64,000 nt of DNA from Octopus bimaculoides (Eukaryota): positions 56,861,133 to 56,925,132 of the forward strand of contig NC_068989.1 in assembly GCF_001194135.2 (NCBI RefSeq), written 5' to 3'. The position numbers and the translations under genes are program-made. Positions 13,428 through 27,694 of the stretch are shown here, piece after piece; position 1 is the stretch's first letter, and each line of letters opens with the position of its first letter. The notes under the pieces were generated by a model. That model was not told where the DNA came from. It made no database searches and saw nothing but the letters and a program-made list of their open reading frames with translations.

Positions 13428-13638
13428 CTTCTTCTTCTTCTTCTTCGTAAGACGGCGAGCTGGCAGATTCGTTAAGCACGCCGGGAAAAATGCTTAGCGG
13501 TATTTCGTCCATCTTTACGTTCTGAGTTCAAATTCCACCGCGGTCGACTTTGCCTTTTATCCTTTCTGGGTCGATAAATCACTGGGGTCGATGTTATCGA
13601 CTCCCCCCTTTCCCCCATATTTCAGGCCTTAGAAAGGA

Positions 13639-13639
<1 letters not shown>

Positions 13640-13691
<52 letters not shown>

Positions 13692-14069
13692 TTCATATAC
13701 ACTCAACAGATTAGACTGTTGGAAAAGAAAAATCCTAATATCAAGTTCCAACAAGTAATTTTAGACGCTAAAAACCCTCCTGTCGGGCTAAAACAAGTAA
13801 CCTCCTAAGTATCCTAGCTGTCCCTAATAACACTGTTTTCTGGAGCTGTACTAAACTGGGTTTTAGGCCTATTTCCTCTATCCAGCTGTTCAGGTCTTTA
13901 GGGGGATGGTTCCCAATGCATCTATAACTACTGGAATACATTTTACCTGCACTTTCCATAGTCTTTGTAATTCAATAACTAGCTCCTGGTACTTTGCTAC
14001 TTTTTTTCAATACTTCTCATATTAATGTTTTCATCATTTAGGACTGTAAAGTCAATTATCTGGCACTTT

Positions 14070-14118
<49 letters not shown>

Positions 14119-15212
14119 CAAATCAGGCTTTCTAGCTTCTGTTCTCTGTTAGTCTGAATGCTAAAGTCCCACAACATCTTATATTTCTTACTTTCTAGTA
14201 CTCTACTAGTTTCATGTTCATACCATTTATCAGTATGTTGAAATCCTAGCTTTTTACATAGCTCCCAGTGGATTACCCTCCCTAGATTGTCGTGTCAGTA
14301 TGATACATTCACTTACTTTATGAGTAACGCTTTTCTCTTTTGATTTGCATAATCTACATTGGGAATCTACTTGATTTTTGTCTATCTTAGCTTTTATCCC
14401 ATTAGTCCTCAATGCTTGATCTTGTGCAGCTACTAACAAACTTTGTGTGTTCCTCTTCAGCTTTCCTTTCTACAACCATAACCATGTCTCACTACTACTA
14501 TTTTCTGGAACTATCTTTGGGAATTCACCATGCAATGTCTTCTCCTGCCAGTCCAATTGCTAGAGTCCAATTGCTAGAGTCACAGCAAGACATAGGGAAA
14601 CCAAAAACTCAAACTAGGTTTGGGTTTTTGGTTTCTCTGTGTCTTGCTGTGACTCCAGCAGCTTTTAATAAACTTCACTGTTATCTACTTACGTTATATT
14701 TACTCTAGCTAACTCTACGCGGTCTTCTACTGATATTAACACTCTTCCGATTTCCTTTCTAGGTAGGTATAATCTTGCCACTCCTGCCCTAGTTCTTCTA
14801 TCTAGCTTGGCTAATTCAGTTTTTGTATATTGCCCAAATATTTACAGCCTTCACTAGATTCGGACCATTTCGCTTTGAGTTCATTAGCTTTCTCACCATT
14901 CTGATGTACTCCTCAATTTTTATTTTCATTTTTGTAGTTAGTACTCAGTCAGATTCTAATACTCCTAGATACTTACAACTCTCGCCTTCTTTCAATGATT
15001 TTAATGTCCGGCCATCTGGTAATTGGATGCCTTCGCTGTTGACTACTTGTCCCCTTCTCATGACTAATATTGCACTCTTATCTATGCCAAATGTCATGCC
15101 TATATCTTTGCTGAAAAGTCTTACAGTCTGTATCAAGGAATCTATCTCTTTTTCATTCTTACTAAAATGCTTCAGATCATCCATGTAGAGCAAATGGTTA
15201 ATTTTCCCCTTA
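13640..15212 (-). mobile_element. Second 5'-truncated, decayed R4/Dong-type element (RT end, CCHC, RLE C-terminus, (TAA)n tail); (CTA)n(CCA)n expansion inside at 14070-14120
   Basis: KINHLLYMDDLKHFSK...FSKDIGMTFGIDK...KYLGVLE; AAQDQALRTN...CRLCK...THKVSEC; LQKTVLLGTARILRR; (ATT)n at 13640-13691. Confidence 0.9.
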
Positions 15213-15345
15213 CTATCTCTAACTATATTATTTCATTATATTATATCATATTATGTTACTTTAAGATTATAAATAAAACGTGAAAATCAAAGCTGGAATT
15301 TCTTTGAATAATATATTCTTCTATACACAATCATACACATCTGTG

Positions 15346-15376
<31 letters not shown>

Positions 15377-16199
15377 CTATATATATATATATATATACAT
15401 ACACACACACACACTCTCACACACACTCATAACATTTCTCTGCTCTACATACTCTGGATAACGAAGATTTAACTATGCAGCAATCGCGCTTGGCAAAATA
15501 CAACACATAACGCAGTCATAGGTAAAACAAAACATGCCACCTAATTAAGAAAAGTCAATAATGAATTCTTATTATAATTAACGCTTAAACATAAGTATTA
15601 AATAATGATATCCTTGTAAGTAACGATCGTTTTATAATGATTAGGTCTAATTTGTTAATTTTAATTGTAGTTAATCGTCAGTTAAGTCACTATTTAAATA
15701 TAAACTAAAGCGGGGAATTGTAGGACTGTTAGAGCGTTGGAGAGGATATTTCATAATATTTGTTCTGGTTCTCTGCCCTTTGTATTTAAATTCTACCAAG
15801 GTGAGCTTTATCTTTCTTCCTCTCAGGGTCCAATAAAAGATTTCAACCCAGAGAGTTTCAATCCATGCAGTGTTTGCTCCGGGTTTATTGAGTTTTGACA
15901 GCCACGCCTACAACACAGACGCCAAGCTATATTGGCCTTAATAGGTGAACTTTACCTTGGATAAACAAGAATTGTAGAGAAAAGAGACTTAAGAATTTGC
16001 TCATTCCCTCATATACATGTGTAGATGCATTGTGAAATTTGACTAAAAGAGGCCTTATACATATATGAATTATAATATAATAAAATTTTGAGATTCTGGA
16101 TGACCCCTTCAGACTGAGTTACTGAGTTGAAGCATCTTTCAATCAGCACTATTACTAGTTGATATCATTCCTAGTTTATAGAGTGCGCTCTAGTTTTGT

Positions 16200-16900
16200 T
16201 TTAATCCTTTGCAGATACCCGAAACGGGTTTCTAGATAACCGATAACTTTTAAGCATTTCAAGGGATATTTCCTTGCAATTTTAGAAGGCTGTTAAACGA
16301 TTGTTAGTTTAAATACCTAAACCTTTGCGTTATAAATTCTTCATGTGGGTGAATGTCTCAATTTACTTGCAAACAGCTTCTTTCAAAGTTTGTCTGTCCG
16401 TGTCAAAATAAATCAATATTATATCATGTTAGTGATAGAATATCAGAGAAAATAGTTATATTTTATTATCATACGGAGAACAATAATACATCAAACAAAA
16501 GCTTTTAATCCGTTATCTCAAATGTTGCTTCTTTGTTCAAACATTATCATGTTATAAATCAAATTCTCATTCAGTCATAAAAACTGCAATGTTAAACTTT
16601 ACAAAAGGAGTGTTGACTACTTATCTCCATAGAAAATAATATTGATTGTTATATTTCCTGGAAAGGTTAAGTTCAGGATACTTAACAGAGTTTACAAAAT
16701 AAAATAAAAGCAGTTTCAGCACATGGAAATTTAGGCTAAAATTGAGAATATTTTAATAAAAATCCAGATATTTGAATAGCTGGGCATATGTCCAGATATT
16801 CAGGTCAATGTACCAACCCTTCTTAGGATGCAGTAGATACTGGTTAAATTATTACATTGAATAATACTGAAAATATTTGTTTGCACGGATGTGGTTATTG
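16200..16900 (-). pseudogene. Possible heavily decayed 7TM GPCR-like fragment (TM4-TM7)
   Basis: Hydrophobic blocks broken by stops: KIFSILA*ISMC, FPGNITINIIFYG, KAFV*CIIVL, YSITNMI*Y*FI...KKLF. Confidence 0.25.
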
Positions 16901-17029
16901 AAGGAGATCTTTAAACACAGTGCGTGATATTTGGCATGGTTTATAACGACCTATTGCAGTATATTATTGATGCATACATGCATGCATACATACATACATA
17001 CATACAGGCATGTATGTATGTATGTATGA

Positions 17030-17197
17030 TCGTAAGGTCGCGTGTTCAATTCCCAGTGGCGCGTTGTGTCATTCAGCAAAATACTTTATTTCACGTTGTT
17101 CCTGTCCGCTCAGCTGGCAAAAAAGAGTTGTACCTGTAATTCAAAGGGCCAGCTTGTCACATTCTGTATCATGCTCAGTCTCTTAGAGAACGACGTT

Positions 17198-17200
<3 letters not shown>
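17030..17200 (+). mobile_element. tRNA-headed SINE, family B. Other copies about 10250-10400, 18395-18460, 57705-57845
   Basis: ggtcgcgtgttcaattccc...ttgtgtc.ttgagcaag.cact..atttcacgttg(ct)cc central core. Confidence 0.65.
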
Positions 17201-17230
<30 letters not shown>

Positions 17231-17489
17231 GTCTATCTATCTATCTATCTATCTATCTGTCTGTCTGTCTGTCTATTTATCCATCTATCGGTTGGTCCAT
17301 CTATCACACACAGACACACATACACACACACTTAGATATATTTGTTTATTCATACACTTATGCATAAGAACATAATATGCATATCTACATGTATTCTTCA
17401 TAAACGCAAATTGTTCATTCGATAGCCTGTCTATCAGGTTTATCTAGTACCTAGCAAAGTGGTCAACGAGTGTGCTCGCATATATAAGT

Positions 17490-17614
17490 TTGTGTGCGCG
17501 CGCACACACACACATATCACACACGCTTATACACACATATTGATACACATACATACACACACACACACACACACACGTATCACACACGCTTATATATACA
17601 TACACACACATATT

Positions 17615-17681
<67 letters not shown>

Positions 17682-17710
17682 CACATATATATGCATATGT
17701 ATATATAGAC
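17490..17710. repeat. (CA)n-rich microsatellite. Similar simple repeats at 4765-4800, 15345-15430, 17200-17275, 21100-21430, 22105-22225, 27105-27242, 28520-28755, 29395-29510, 43755-43812, 46385-46580, 51020-51212, 53060-53130, 57230-57520
   Basis: Read directly. Confidence 0.95.
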
Positions 17711-18524
17711 ATACACACAAACGTACATGTGAAGCATAATGCAATAAGAACTGATTGGATTTAAATATGAGATAATATTTTATTCACTCAAAAATCGATA
17801 TGCTATTTTTCGGCCAATGTTCAATTTTCTTAATGCTGCAATGATAATTTCGACATAAAGTTAAGTGTGCGTCTGGAACAAGATGACTATTGTATGCTGA
17901 ATAATTTTCACACATAATAAGTAAATAAGAAATTCAAGCTCTGTAGTCACCACTTGACCCTTGAGTCACTATAACGGAAGCGACTGTGTTGTAAACATTC
18001 AAGCCAAGCCCCAACTCCAATCTGAGTATAACTGTCTCTTTTCCTGCCAGCAATTTAGGTGCCCTAAAATATTGATTTCAGATTTTGGTACAAGGACAGC
18101 AATTTCGGAGGAGGGAGTAAGTCGATTACATCGACCCCAGTACTCAGCTGCTACTTATTTTATCGACCCTGAAAGGATAAAAGCAAAGTCAACCTCGGCG
18201 GAATTTAAACTCAGAGCGTGAAGACGGACGAAATACCACAAAGCATTTCTCCCGGCGCGCTAACAATTCTTTCACCTCGTCATCTTAGATTCCCAAAATA
18301 TTATCAATGCTGTCCCTTCCTCCTCTGACTCAATCATGAAATCAAAACACAATGTTCATACACGCAGGCATTATCACTCATATTCAAAAGTGAAGTCACG
18401 TGGCCTCGTGATTACAGAGTTTGGATCGCGCTCATAAGGTCGTTGATACGACTTTTGGACCGACGAGGCTTGTTTCTTTAGAAAGGCACATATGTTATTC
18501 TAGTCGACTTAACTAAGAATGAAT

Positions 18525-19166
18525 CTTTTCTACTCTAGGCACAAGGCCCGAAATTTTTGGGGAGGGGGCCAGTCGATTAGATCGACCCCAAGTACCGGTA
18601 CTTAATTTATCGACCCCGAAAGGATGAAAGGCAAAATCGACTTCGGCGGAATTTGAACTCAGAACGTAACGGCAGACGAAATACCGCTAAACATTTCGCC
18701 CGGCGTACTAACGTTTCTTATTTCTTTACTGTCCACAAGGGGCTACACATAGAGGGGACAAACAAGGACAGACAAACGGATTAAATCGATTATATCGACC
18801 CCAGTGCGTAACTGCTACTTATTTAATCGACCCGGAAAGGATGAAAGGCAAAGCCGACCTTGGCAGAATTTGAACTCAGAACGTAGCGGCAGACGAAATA
18901 CCGCTAAGCATTTCGCCCGGCGTACTAACATTTCTTATTTCTTTACTGTCCACAAGGGGCTACACATAGAGGGGACAAACAAGGACAGACAAACGGATTA
19001 AATCGATTATATCGACCCCAGTGCGTAACTGCTACTTATTTAATCGACCCCGAAAGGATGAAAGGCAAAGCCGACCTTGGCGGAATTTGAACTCAGAACG
19101 TAGCGGCAGACGAAATACCGCTAAGCATTTCGCCCGGCGTACTAAGGTTTCTGCCAGCTCACTGCC
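18525..19166 (-). mobile_element. Head-to-tail trimer of family A SINEs, 217 bp period
   Basis: Units at 18936-19166, 18719-18935 and 18525-18718. The first two share the tail tttgtctgtccttgtttgtcccctctatgtgtagccccttgtggacagtaaagaaat; the third has a different tail. Confidence 0.9.
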
Positions 19167-21165
19167 TTACTTAACTAAAAATGAATGCAATGCCAATGTT
19201 ATGCGACTGTCACATATTAGGCGTTTTACTGAGTCAAGAATGGAAAGAAGTGCCAGAGGCTGCCTATGTCTGCTTGCAGCTTCATAGGTGTCCATAACAA
19301 TTAGCGAAAACATGATACATATTACCAAGTCATAACTACTTGCGAAAGACGGCTAATGTTTTTTATTGTTTTACAATTGTGGCAAGTTGAAGTGGATGGT
19401 AGAATTAGTTGAGCACTTTACCCGATGTTCTCATTTTGTCTTCTACCACACCTTGTCCGTTGCAAAATTAATTATATAATATAGTGAAATCTACTTTGCG
19501 ATGATAGAATGAGTAGGGTACCGGACAAAATGTTGGTGGATAGTAGAATTAGTAAAAAAGCTAACCTCATAAAATAGTAAGAAATTTGAAACTTGCAGTC
19601 ACCAGTTGGTCATTGTGCTGCCTTTCATGGAGTCGATAGCGTTGCAAGCAGTCAGGCCAAATCGCTGAATACAAGTCAGACTTAAATATTTAAGGGCATT
19701 GTGTATGTTTCTTTAAGTTCTATATATATCAAATTCTGAAGGCTTTGACTTTGCTTCTCCACCCCGCTGACAGCAGAAGAGCCGGTTAAATATTGGGATT
19801 CATATAATGAGCCACGGCGCCCCAAAGCAAGGATTTGTATGTTGTTAGAAATTATTATTAGGACGTTGATAACATTTATTTGTCATGCTTTCATTTGCTT
19901 TAATCGATTACTCCGTTTCTCATAAGATGTTTGGTCTTGTGCCAAACTTAGAAATAATTATTTTTACTCCCAGGAGTGGTACGGACAGAATTAGTAGTCT
20001 ACTACGTGCTAACTAGACACTCCTATTTTATATTGTAGCCTCGAATCCCGATGAAATCGATAAACTCAACCACCAAATCATTAATTCTGTTTTGTTGCTG
20101 TTTGACCTCAGAATCTACCCTGAATTAACAACGTTCCAAGTTCAAACCATGACAACTTTGTCTTATTTTCAGACCTCATATATATAGGGCAACATTACAC
20201 ACTATGCATTTCTTGTTTGGTAGGGTAGGCTGTAATTTGAGGAAAATATGATTGCTCTTTCTAGCAGCTCGACCGGTCAAAGCTGACGAGTGGAAAAATG
20301 GGACAAATGTGTCGGACTATATTGTACATTGTTTTCTTCATTAAGGCAGAATCGTTTAGTGCGTCGGACAAAATACTTAGCGACGTTTCTTCCGGTTGAT
20401 TACGTTCTAAGTTGGAATCTCATTGAGGTTAACATTGCCTTTCATCCTCTTGGGGTTGACGAGATAAAGTACAAATGCTGGGATAGATGTGATCGACTTG
20501 ACCCCTCCCTCTAAAATTGCCAGCCATGTATCAACATTAGAAAGAATTATTATTTTTATGGAGTCTCGGACAAAAGTACCTTGCGATATTTTTCCGACTT
20601 TTTATGTTCTGAGATCAAATCACGCTTAAATCAACATTGCTTTCATCTTTACTGGGTCGATAAAGTACCATTTAAATACTGGTGTCTCCCCACTAAATTG
20701 CTGGCCTTGCGCCATAATTGAAAGTAATTATTTACTTTAATCCTTCAATTTAAATCCCACCGTAGGTTCACTTTGGCCTTCCATTTTCAGAGGATGGATA
20801 AAATCAGTAGTAGTATTAGAATAGAATCGATACTTATCGACTGTAGCCGTCCCCAACAAATTTGCAGTTCTATGCCAGATTTTGAAGACATAGATTGATG
20901 CTAATGTCGTTCAGAGAGTTATGAGAACCAAGTGGTGACTCCCTCACCACCTTATTTATAGATCAATGGCTTTCTGCCAGAATTTTAAAAACAAATATTT
21001 TTCTGCATCGAAAATCAAGTCTTAAAATTGCTTGAGAATAAAAAGAAAAAACAAAACAAAAAACAAAAAAAAACTACAATGCACCAAATTGAATATGCAT
21101 ACATACATACTTACAGACATATTTTATATGTGTGCGTATATATGTAGACATATGTATATGTATAA

Positions 21166-21215
<50 letters not shown>

Positions 21216-21368
21216 GTACACACTCACACACACGCATATGCATATGTAAGTTAGTGTTTATATATGCATAATAGTTATATGCATGTATATCAAGTTGTAT
21301 GTATGTATGTATATATATATACATATATACATATATATATATACATATATGTATATATTATATATGCA

Positions 21369-21418
<50 letters not shown>

Positions 21419-21817
21419 TAAATTTGTATGGTCGTGTGTGTAAATAGAAAACAAACTGGTTAGTTTGATAAAATGATTAAAAGGAAGATTTCTCTAGAGA
21501 TTGTAAGCCCATTGATTAATTGAAATGAAAGATAGCACACACACACGCGCGCGCGCGCGTGTGTAAGTGCGTTTATAAGAAGAACTGTTCAGCAGAAACA
21601 TGCTCATTAATTTTCATTGTCAAATAAGAAAAGTTTGTGAATTTGCAATCTGATTATGCGGAAGTTACGTTATATAAATCTTAAACCGTTTCACTGTCTG
21701 CATGATTTACATTATATTTCAAATCAGTTAAACGAGGTTGTAGCAAATATAACACTTGCAGTTATAAGCAATATAGTTGTTATATCTTAGCAATACATCA
21801 AGATAATCGTGTGTGTG

Positions 21818-21860
<43 letters not shown>

Positions 21861-22118
21861 CCACGCACACACATGTATGCATATAGTATGTATTAATGTT
21901 TGCTTTTTATTTCTAGTTATATATAAAAACATTAACATTAAACTGAAGGCTTGCTCAGTACTTTCCAGTAAAGTAGTTATTTTTTAATTTTTACAAGGAA
22001 AAGATTTATAGTGACTTTGAAGTGTCGGCTTCCTCGCTCGCCTTCACCGAACAGTTTGAGGAAAGCGACCAAGCGAGTAAGTTTTTGTCGAACTTTCCCT
22101 AATGTGTGTGTGTGTGTG

Positions 22119-22155
<37 letters not shown>

Positions 22156-22168
22156 GCACACACACACA

Positions 22169-22224
<56 letters not shown>

Positions 22225-22229
22225 GATAG

Positions 22230-22619
22230 CCGAAAGGTGTTTGCCCATTGTACATGTATAATTCTATTTCATGTTACGTTCGTCCGATAGTCGTGAGGTC
22301 CTTTCTGTTGTTTACTTATTTGTTTTCGTATATGTACATTCGTTTGTCTTGTCCAGTGGCTCAATGCTTTTAACTTGAGTCCATGGCCCAGCCGGTTTCT
22401 AGTAGTATCGGAAATAAATGGCCGAAACTACCTGGACATTCCGGATTTCGACGAGGCAATTGGCTGCGAATGATCTGTGTATCTTGGTTTGTTCTGTTTG
22501 TCGTTGTTGTGCTTTTGTCGTTTTCCTGCATGTTGTTTTGACGGTTTCCGTTTGTTGTGTTTTTTCTCTTCTACCTTTGATTTATCCATGCAACGCTACG
22601 TACAACTTGTTGTTTGCTT

Positions 22620-22620
<1 letters not shown>
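22230..22620. repeat. Unclassified probable interspersed repeat between microsatellites and a gap
   Basis: T/G-rich block bounded by (CA)n/(TA)n; no ORF. Confidence 0.3.
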
Positions 22621-22655
<35 letters not shown>

Positions 22656-22985
22656 NNNNNNNNNNNNNNNNNNNNNNNNNNNNNNNNNNNNNNNNNNNNN
22701 NNNNNNNNNNNNNNNNNNNNNNNNNNNNNNNNNNNNNNNNNNNNNNNNNNNNNNNNNNNNNNNNNNNNNNNNNNNNNNNNNNNNNNNNNNNNNNNNNNNN
22801 NNNNNNNNNNNNNNNNNNNNNNNNNNNNNNNNNNNNNNNNNNNNNNNNNNNNNNNNNNNNNNNNNNNNNNNNNNNNNNNNNNNNNNNNNNNNNNNNNNNN
22901 NNNNNNNNNNNNNNNNNNNNNNNNNNNNNNNNNNNNNNNNNNNNNNNNNNNNNNNNNNNNNNNNNNNNNNNNNNNNNNNNNNNNT

Positions 22986-23019
<34 letters not shown>

Positions 23020-23039
23020 ATATGTTTGTGTGTCTGTGT

Positions 23040-23230
23040 TTGTCCCCCTCCATCATCGCTTGACAACCGATGCTGGTGTGTTTACGTCCCCGTTACTTAG
23101 CGGTTCGGCAAAAGAGACCGATAGAATAAGTACTAGCCTTACAAAGAATAAATCCTGGGGTCGATTTGCTCGACTAAAGGCGGTGCTCCACAGTCAAAGG
23201 ACTGAAACAAGTAAAAAAGTAAAAGAAAGA
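23040..23230 (+). mobile_element. SINE 3' module, family C, preceded by (TA)n(TG)n
   Basis: tgtccccctccatcatcgcttgacaaccgatgctggtgtgtttacgtccccg...gcggttcggcaaaagagaccgatagaataagtact... Confidence 0.85.
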
Positions 23231-26200
23231 AAAAGAGAGACTGGGGGACAATTTGATGATTATAATTTAATGTCTTGGCAGCGGGTGCATCACAGTGATT
23301 GTGGAGTCATATGAACTCGTGACATTACGTAAACGATTAAGCATTATATTGACATGCTTAGTTGTTCGATATGCTATCGATCAGGTTATCAGCATGATTT
23401 TTAATTTCTTGTTTATTTCAATTTTTAAAACTTTCCTTTACTTGTACCAGTCAGTTAACTGAGGCCATGCTGGAGCACCGCTTACTCATTTGCGTAGCCC
23501 TGAATAGTTTATTGCTTTTGTTGTTGTTGTTAAGTCCAATCTAGCCCCAAATGAGCAGATCTATGATCAACTGCATTTCAGGTGTAACCACCTTTCTATT
23601 CTCTCTGGTATTGTACGTCTAATACTACAATATCCAATGTGTTCACCTCTGTCCAAGTCGATAAAGTGTGATTTGATGAAAATTTAACTGCTATTTCAGC
23701 AAATCGTATCACTATGTAAAAGTTTCCCTGGCATGTCACTGAACAGTGTATAATCATGTGTGTCAAATGTGAATCAGTATAATTATTTTCATCATTTTTC
23801 AGTCTTTTGATAAAGGCCAAACCCCGAAAATATGAGGCTTAATGGTTCAATTGGGAACGGAAAACACATGTTAGACTTCGTTCACTAATATTCTACAGAA
23901 GTATTTCACAATGTGGACGGTACTTGGGAGTGCGGTGGTAAATTTTGTGCGAGTACCGGGGACAATCGGGACAGTTGGTGGGAGTGATAATTGATGCATC
24001 TTTTATTTGCCTTAATATTCAAAATATTTTCAATTTTATTGTGTACTTGGATTATCTGATAATATTAGAGTCAAAATAAGGAGGCGAGCCGGGAGAATCG
24101 TTAGCACGCCGGACAAAATGTTTAGCAGGATTTCATCTGTCAGTACGTTCTGAGTTCAAAATCCGCCGAGGACGACTTTGCCTTTCATCCCTTTCAGGGT
24201 CGATAAAATAAGTACCATTTGAGCACTGGGGTCGAATCTTGAGCTAAAATTTGGAACCAATATTGGAGTCGAAATGTTTTAACATTCGATATTATATTAA
24301 CGAAATGACTTATGTGCAAGTAGCATTTTAATAGCGCTAAACTTGCCGTCAGCTATTATTTGTGGTGTATTTTATTTCTAGGGATCATTGACGTAGTGCT
24401 ATTAAAAGAACGGAGGCGATAGTAAAAGAAACAGTTTGAGAAGCACTGTTCTACAGCGTTTACAAAATATTGTGCTTGATAATATTTAAGTAATATTGAA
24501 GTTGATATAGTGTCAAAGATAGTAGAATTCCAAACCTAATAATTAACTACGTTTGTCGATATACTGAATTATGTATGCTACATCAATATTGACGTACATT
24601 TCATCATATCATAGTACCAGTCATATAATGATCTCAATTCAGTTTAGGACACTCATTTGCAAAATGTCTCTGGACTTGTGCCAGTATCAAGAAATAAACT
24701 AATCAAGGCTAAATGATATTGTATGGTTTTTAAACAATAGTAGCCATGTTAATTCACTTATCTTGTTCTTTATTGTAACTAGATTTATTGATTGTGTTAT
24801 TAATAACAGTCAGTAGTAATGAAGAAAATGGTGTGATATATATTATTAGCCTTGTATGTTTACTCACATTAGAAAAACTTTGGTGTCAGGTATATAGACA
24901 AAGAAGCAGAGAGACTTACATGAAACTATAATACATCGAAAAGAGTGTTGGAACAATAGGTGAACGATCTATGGTTTATATGATGCAACAATGTATAAAG
25001 AGGGTAGAAAGAAGAAATGCAGAGAAGAAAGAAAGGAAAAGTAGATGAGAGTGTGAAGGGAAGGAGAAGGAGGAATAGGAACTAATATACAAGGATACAT
25101 ACCGTGATTAACATCGGCTTATAAGTGGCTCAACAATTTGAAAGAAATATCAGCCAGATATTCCTCAAATCACAGTATATCACTTGCCTTTATAATGTAT
25201 TGTAAAAGGTACAGAGCTTTTAATGGTCTCGGTCTATTTGGTTGTGGACAGGTTACTATTGTTGTTTAGCCCCAGTCAGTACTTCCTGAGGAGATCTATG
25301 TGGAAAGGCGTTTCAGTGTGACCATCTCGTATTATTCTATATATCTAACTACACTGACCAGTGCATCTTTTTTTTTTAAGATGATGGGATGTGATTTGAG
25401 AGAATTTGCCTTGTAGTTCTAGTAGGTCGAACGACAGCCTAGAGGCTCCTACGTTAGTTAAAAGGCGATATTGTCTCTTGTAGTCGACAGGAGTTCTATA
25501 TAATTCTAGAACGATTTCTTTAGTTGCAGCAGAAATACTGTCATAAATCAATGAAGATACAGGAAACAAGTCATATAAAGACGGAGCTTTCATTATGTCC
25601 CGTGCAATAACTTAATGACATCTTGATTTCTTTTGACAAAATATAAATTAAAGTTATTTCAAGTAACGTATATCTGAAAATAGAGAAAGTAAAATGTGAA
25701 ATAAAATCTATCCAATTTAAATCCATCATTATTTCTTATATTAGCATGACACTTAATAACTTTTACAGGAAAATAAGAGTTATGATGTAATTAACTCAAG
25801 GACACTAGCCGGAAATAGTTGCTTTAATCAAGCCTGTACTCGATGGTAACACTTATTTTCTGAAAAGAAGTTCCGACCTAAGCTGGTTTCGAACACAGTA
25901 TGTAAATGGACGTAACTAAATATTGTAAGAAATTTTACATGATATTCCACCGATTCTGTCAAAGATTATCTTACATGATGTTATACAGAGATAAGCGGTT
26001 TCAGATTCCTTTAGTTTTTAGAAGAATAATGTGATTGTTAGACGTTCACACTTTTTCCAGGCACATAAATGATATAAAAGAATGAAAATACTTTAAACCG
26101 GAAATTGAAATGAAGTCATGAACACGATTCGACTATGCCTCTAGTAGCACATGTCTACTTTATGGCGACGTACTGTAATTGCAAGCACAGAAAGAATTGT

Positions 26201-26483
26201 CTGAAAATATGTTGCATCATAGTTTAAAAAAATATTTTGTGAAAATCAATAAAGTTTTCTCAGTCTCATTTATTTCCGTCTCTTTCTCTCCTTCCAAGGA
26301 TCTTCATTGGAAAATATAACATGTCTGAACAGCTGTTGTACTTGGTCACATGATATCAAACTTGTTTTGTAACTGGTAAAAGAGATTATTTCTGAGAAGA
26401 AAATTGCATTTCTCACACTTCACAAAGAGAACGAAAAATGGTTTCTAGGTATATTGAAAATGATGATCTGGCGAAAATTATTT

Positions 26484-26668
26484 GAGTGAAATATACTTGA
26501 GTGAAGTATATTTAAGTGAAATGCACAAAAGTATATTTCAATGAAATATGGTTGAGTGAAGTATGTTTGAGTGGAATACACTAGAGTAAGGTATATTTGA
26601 GCGGAGTACATTAGAATAAAGTATATTCGAGTGAATTATAGTTGAGTGAAGTATATTTGAGTGAAGTG
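26484..26668. repeat. 15 bp minisatellite (GAGTGAAGTATATTT), about 12 units
   Basis: gagtgaaatatactt|gagtgaagtatattt|...|gagtgaattatagtt|gagtgaagtatattt. Confidence 0.9.
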
Positions 26669-27176
26669 CCAGAGACGATAGTCTAACACACATAGAGTTT
26701 CAATTACAAATACAGAAACCCTCTTATTCTGCTAATCGATAAACATATAATATTTGTATTGCTGTAGGTGGTAATGAATTATCTAGACAGATCCTACTTG
26801 TAATCTTCCAGCTAACGCCGTCCATCTTTCTACATCCACCATTTCCCCACACCGTCTCCGATACTAACATCGCTCAATTTTTCTTTACTTCTCGACGTTT
26901 TCTTCTTCCCACATATATTTCACTAACATATACTTCTTCCCCATCCCCGTTCTTTTTCTCCGCCTCCTCCTCACCATTATTATAAGTTTCCTTCTGTGTA
27001 TATGATACTCCTTATGATTAACAATGTCGTGGTACATTTTTACAATAAAAATCTTATACTTTTCTTTTAAACAATTTCGAAGTTATATGTTCTAATATTT
27101 ATACACACGCACGCACGCACACACGCACGCACGCACGCACGCACGCACNNNNNNNNNNNNNNNNNNNNNNNNNNNN

Positions 27177-27226
<50 letters not shown>

Positions 27227-27694
27227 TACACACACACACACACGATGGGTGCAACTCGATTTGGAGCAATGCCATCTCTTGATTGTTTTCTTATGCACGA
27301 ATAACATGAATCTGGCTTTCAGTACTGCTAGGAACCTGGACTCTTTTGCACAAATGTAACTAGGAAGGGTCCCTCATGCTGCAGGTGTTCAGAGGACTTA
27401 CCACCCACACTGACACATATCTTTATTTTGTCAAGGAATGTTTCACTCAATGTTTTGCTTTTCCGGTTACAGCCAGCCGTAGAATGCAACACATAATAAA
27501 AATATTAAAATTCAAGCAATGCTTGTGTCCGAAGCATTTTAAAGTGAAGAAAGGCCAATCTTTGAAGGAATTCGTTAGACGCATGTTTTGCATATGAAGG
27601 ATTTTGTCCCAAATAATCATCGCAGTTTTAAAAAGGAAAATAAGTTGCTCACAATGAGTTACCGTCTCATATCACTAATCCTTCACATTATTAA

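Noticed and set aside
22375-22440. Imperfect hairpin containing GAAAC, possible hammerhead
   Set aside because: No CUGANGA core and no NUH site in the right position.
26484-26668. Short periodic repeat as a CRISPR array
   Set aside because: No unique spacers, no cas genes, eukaryotic context.
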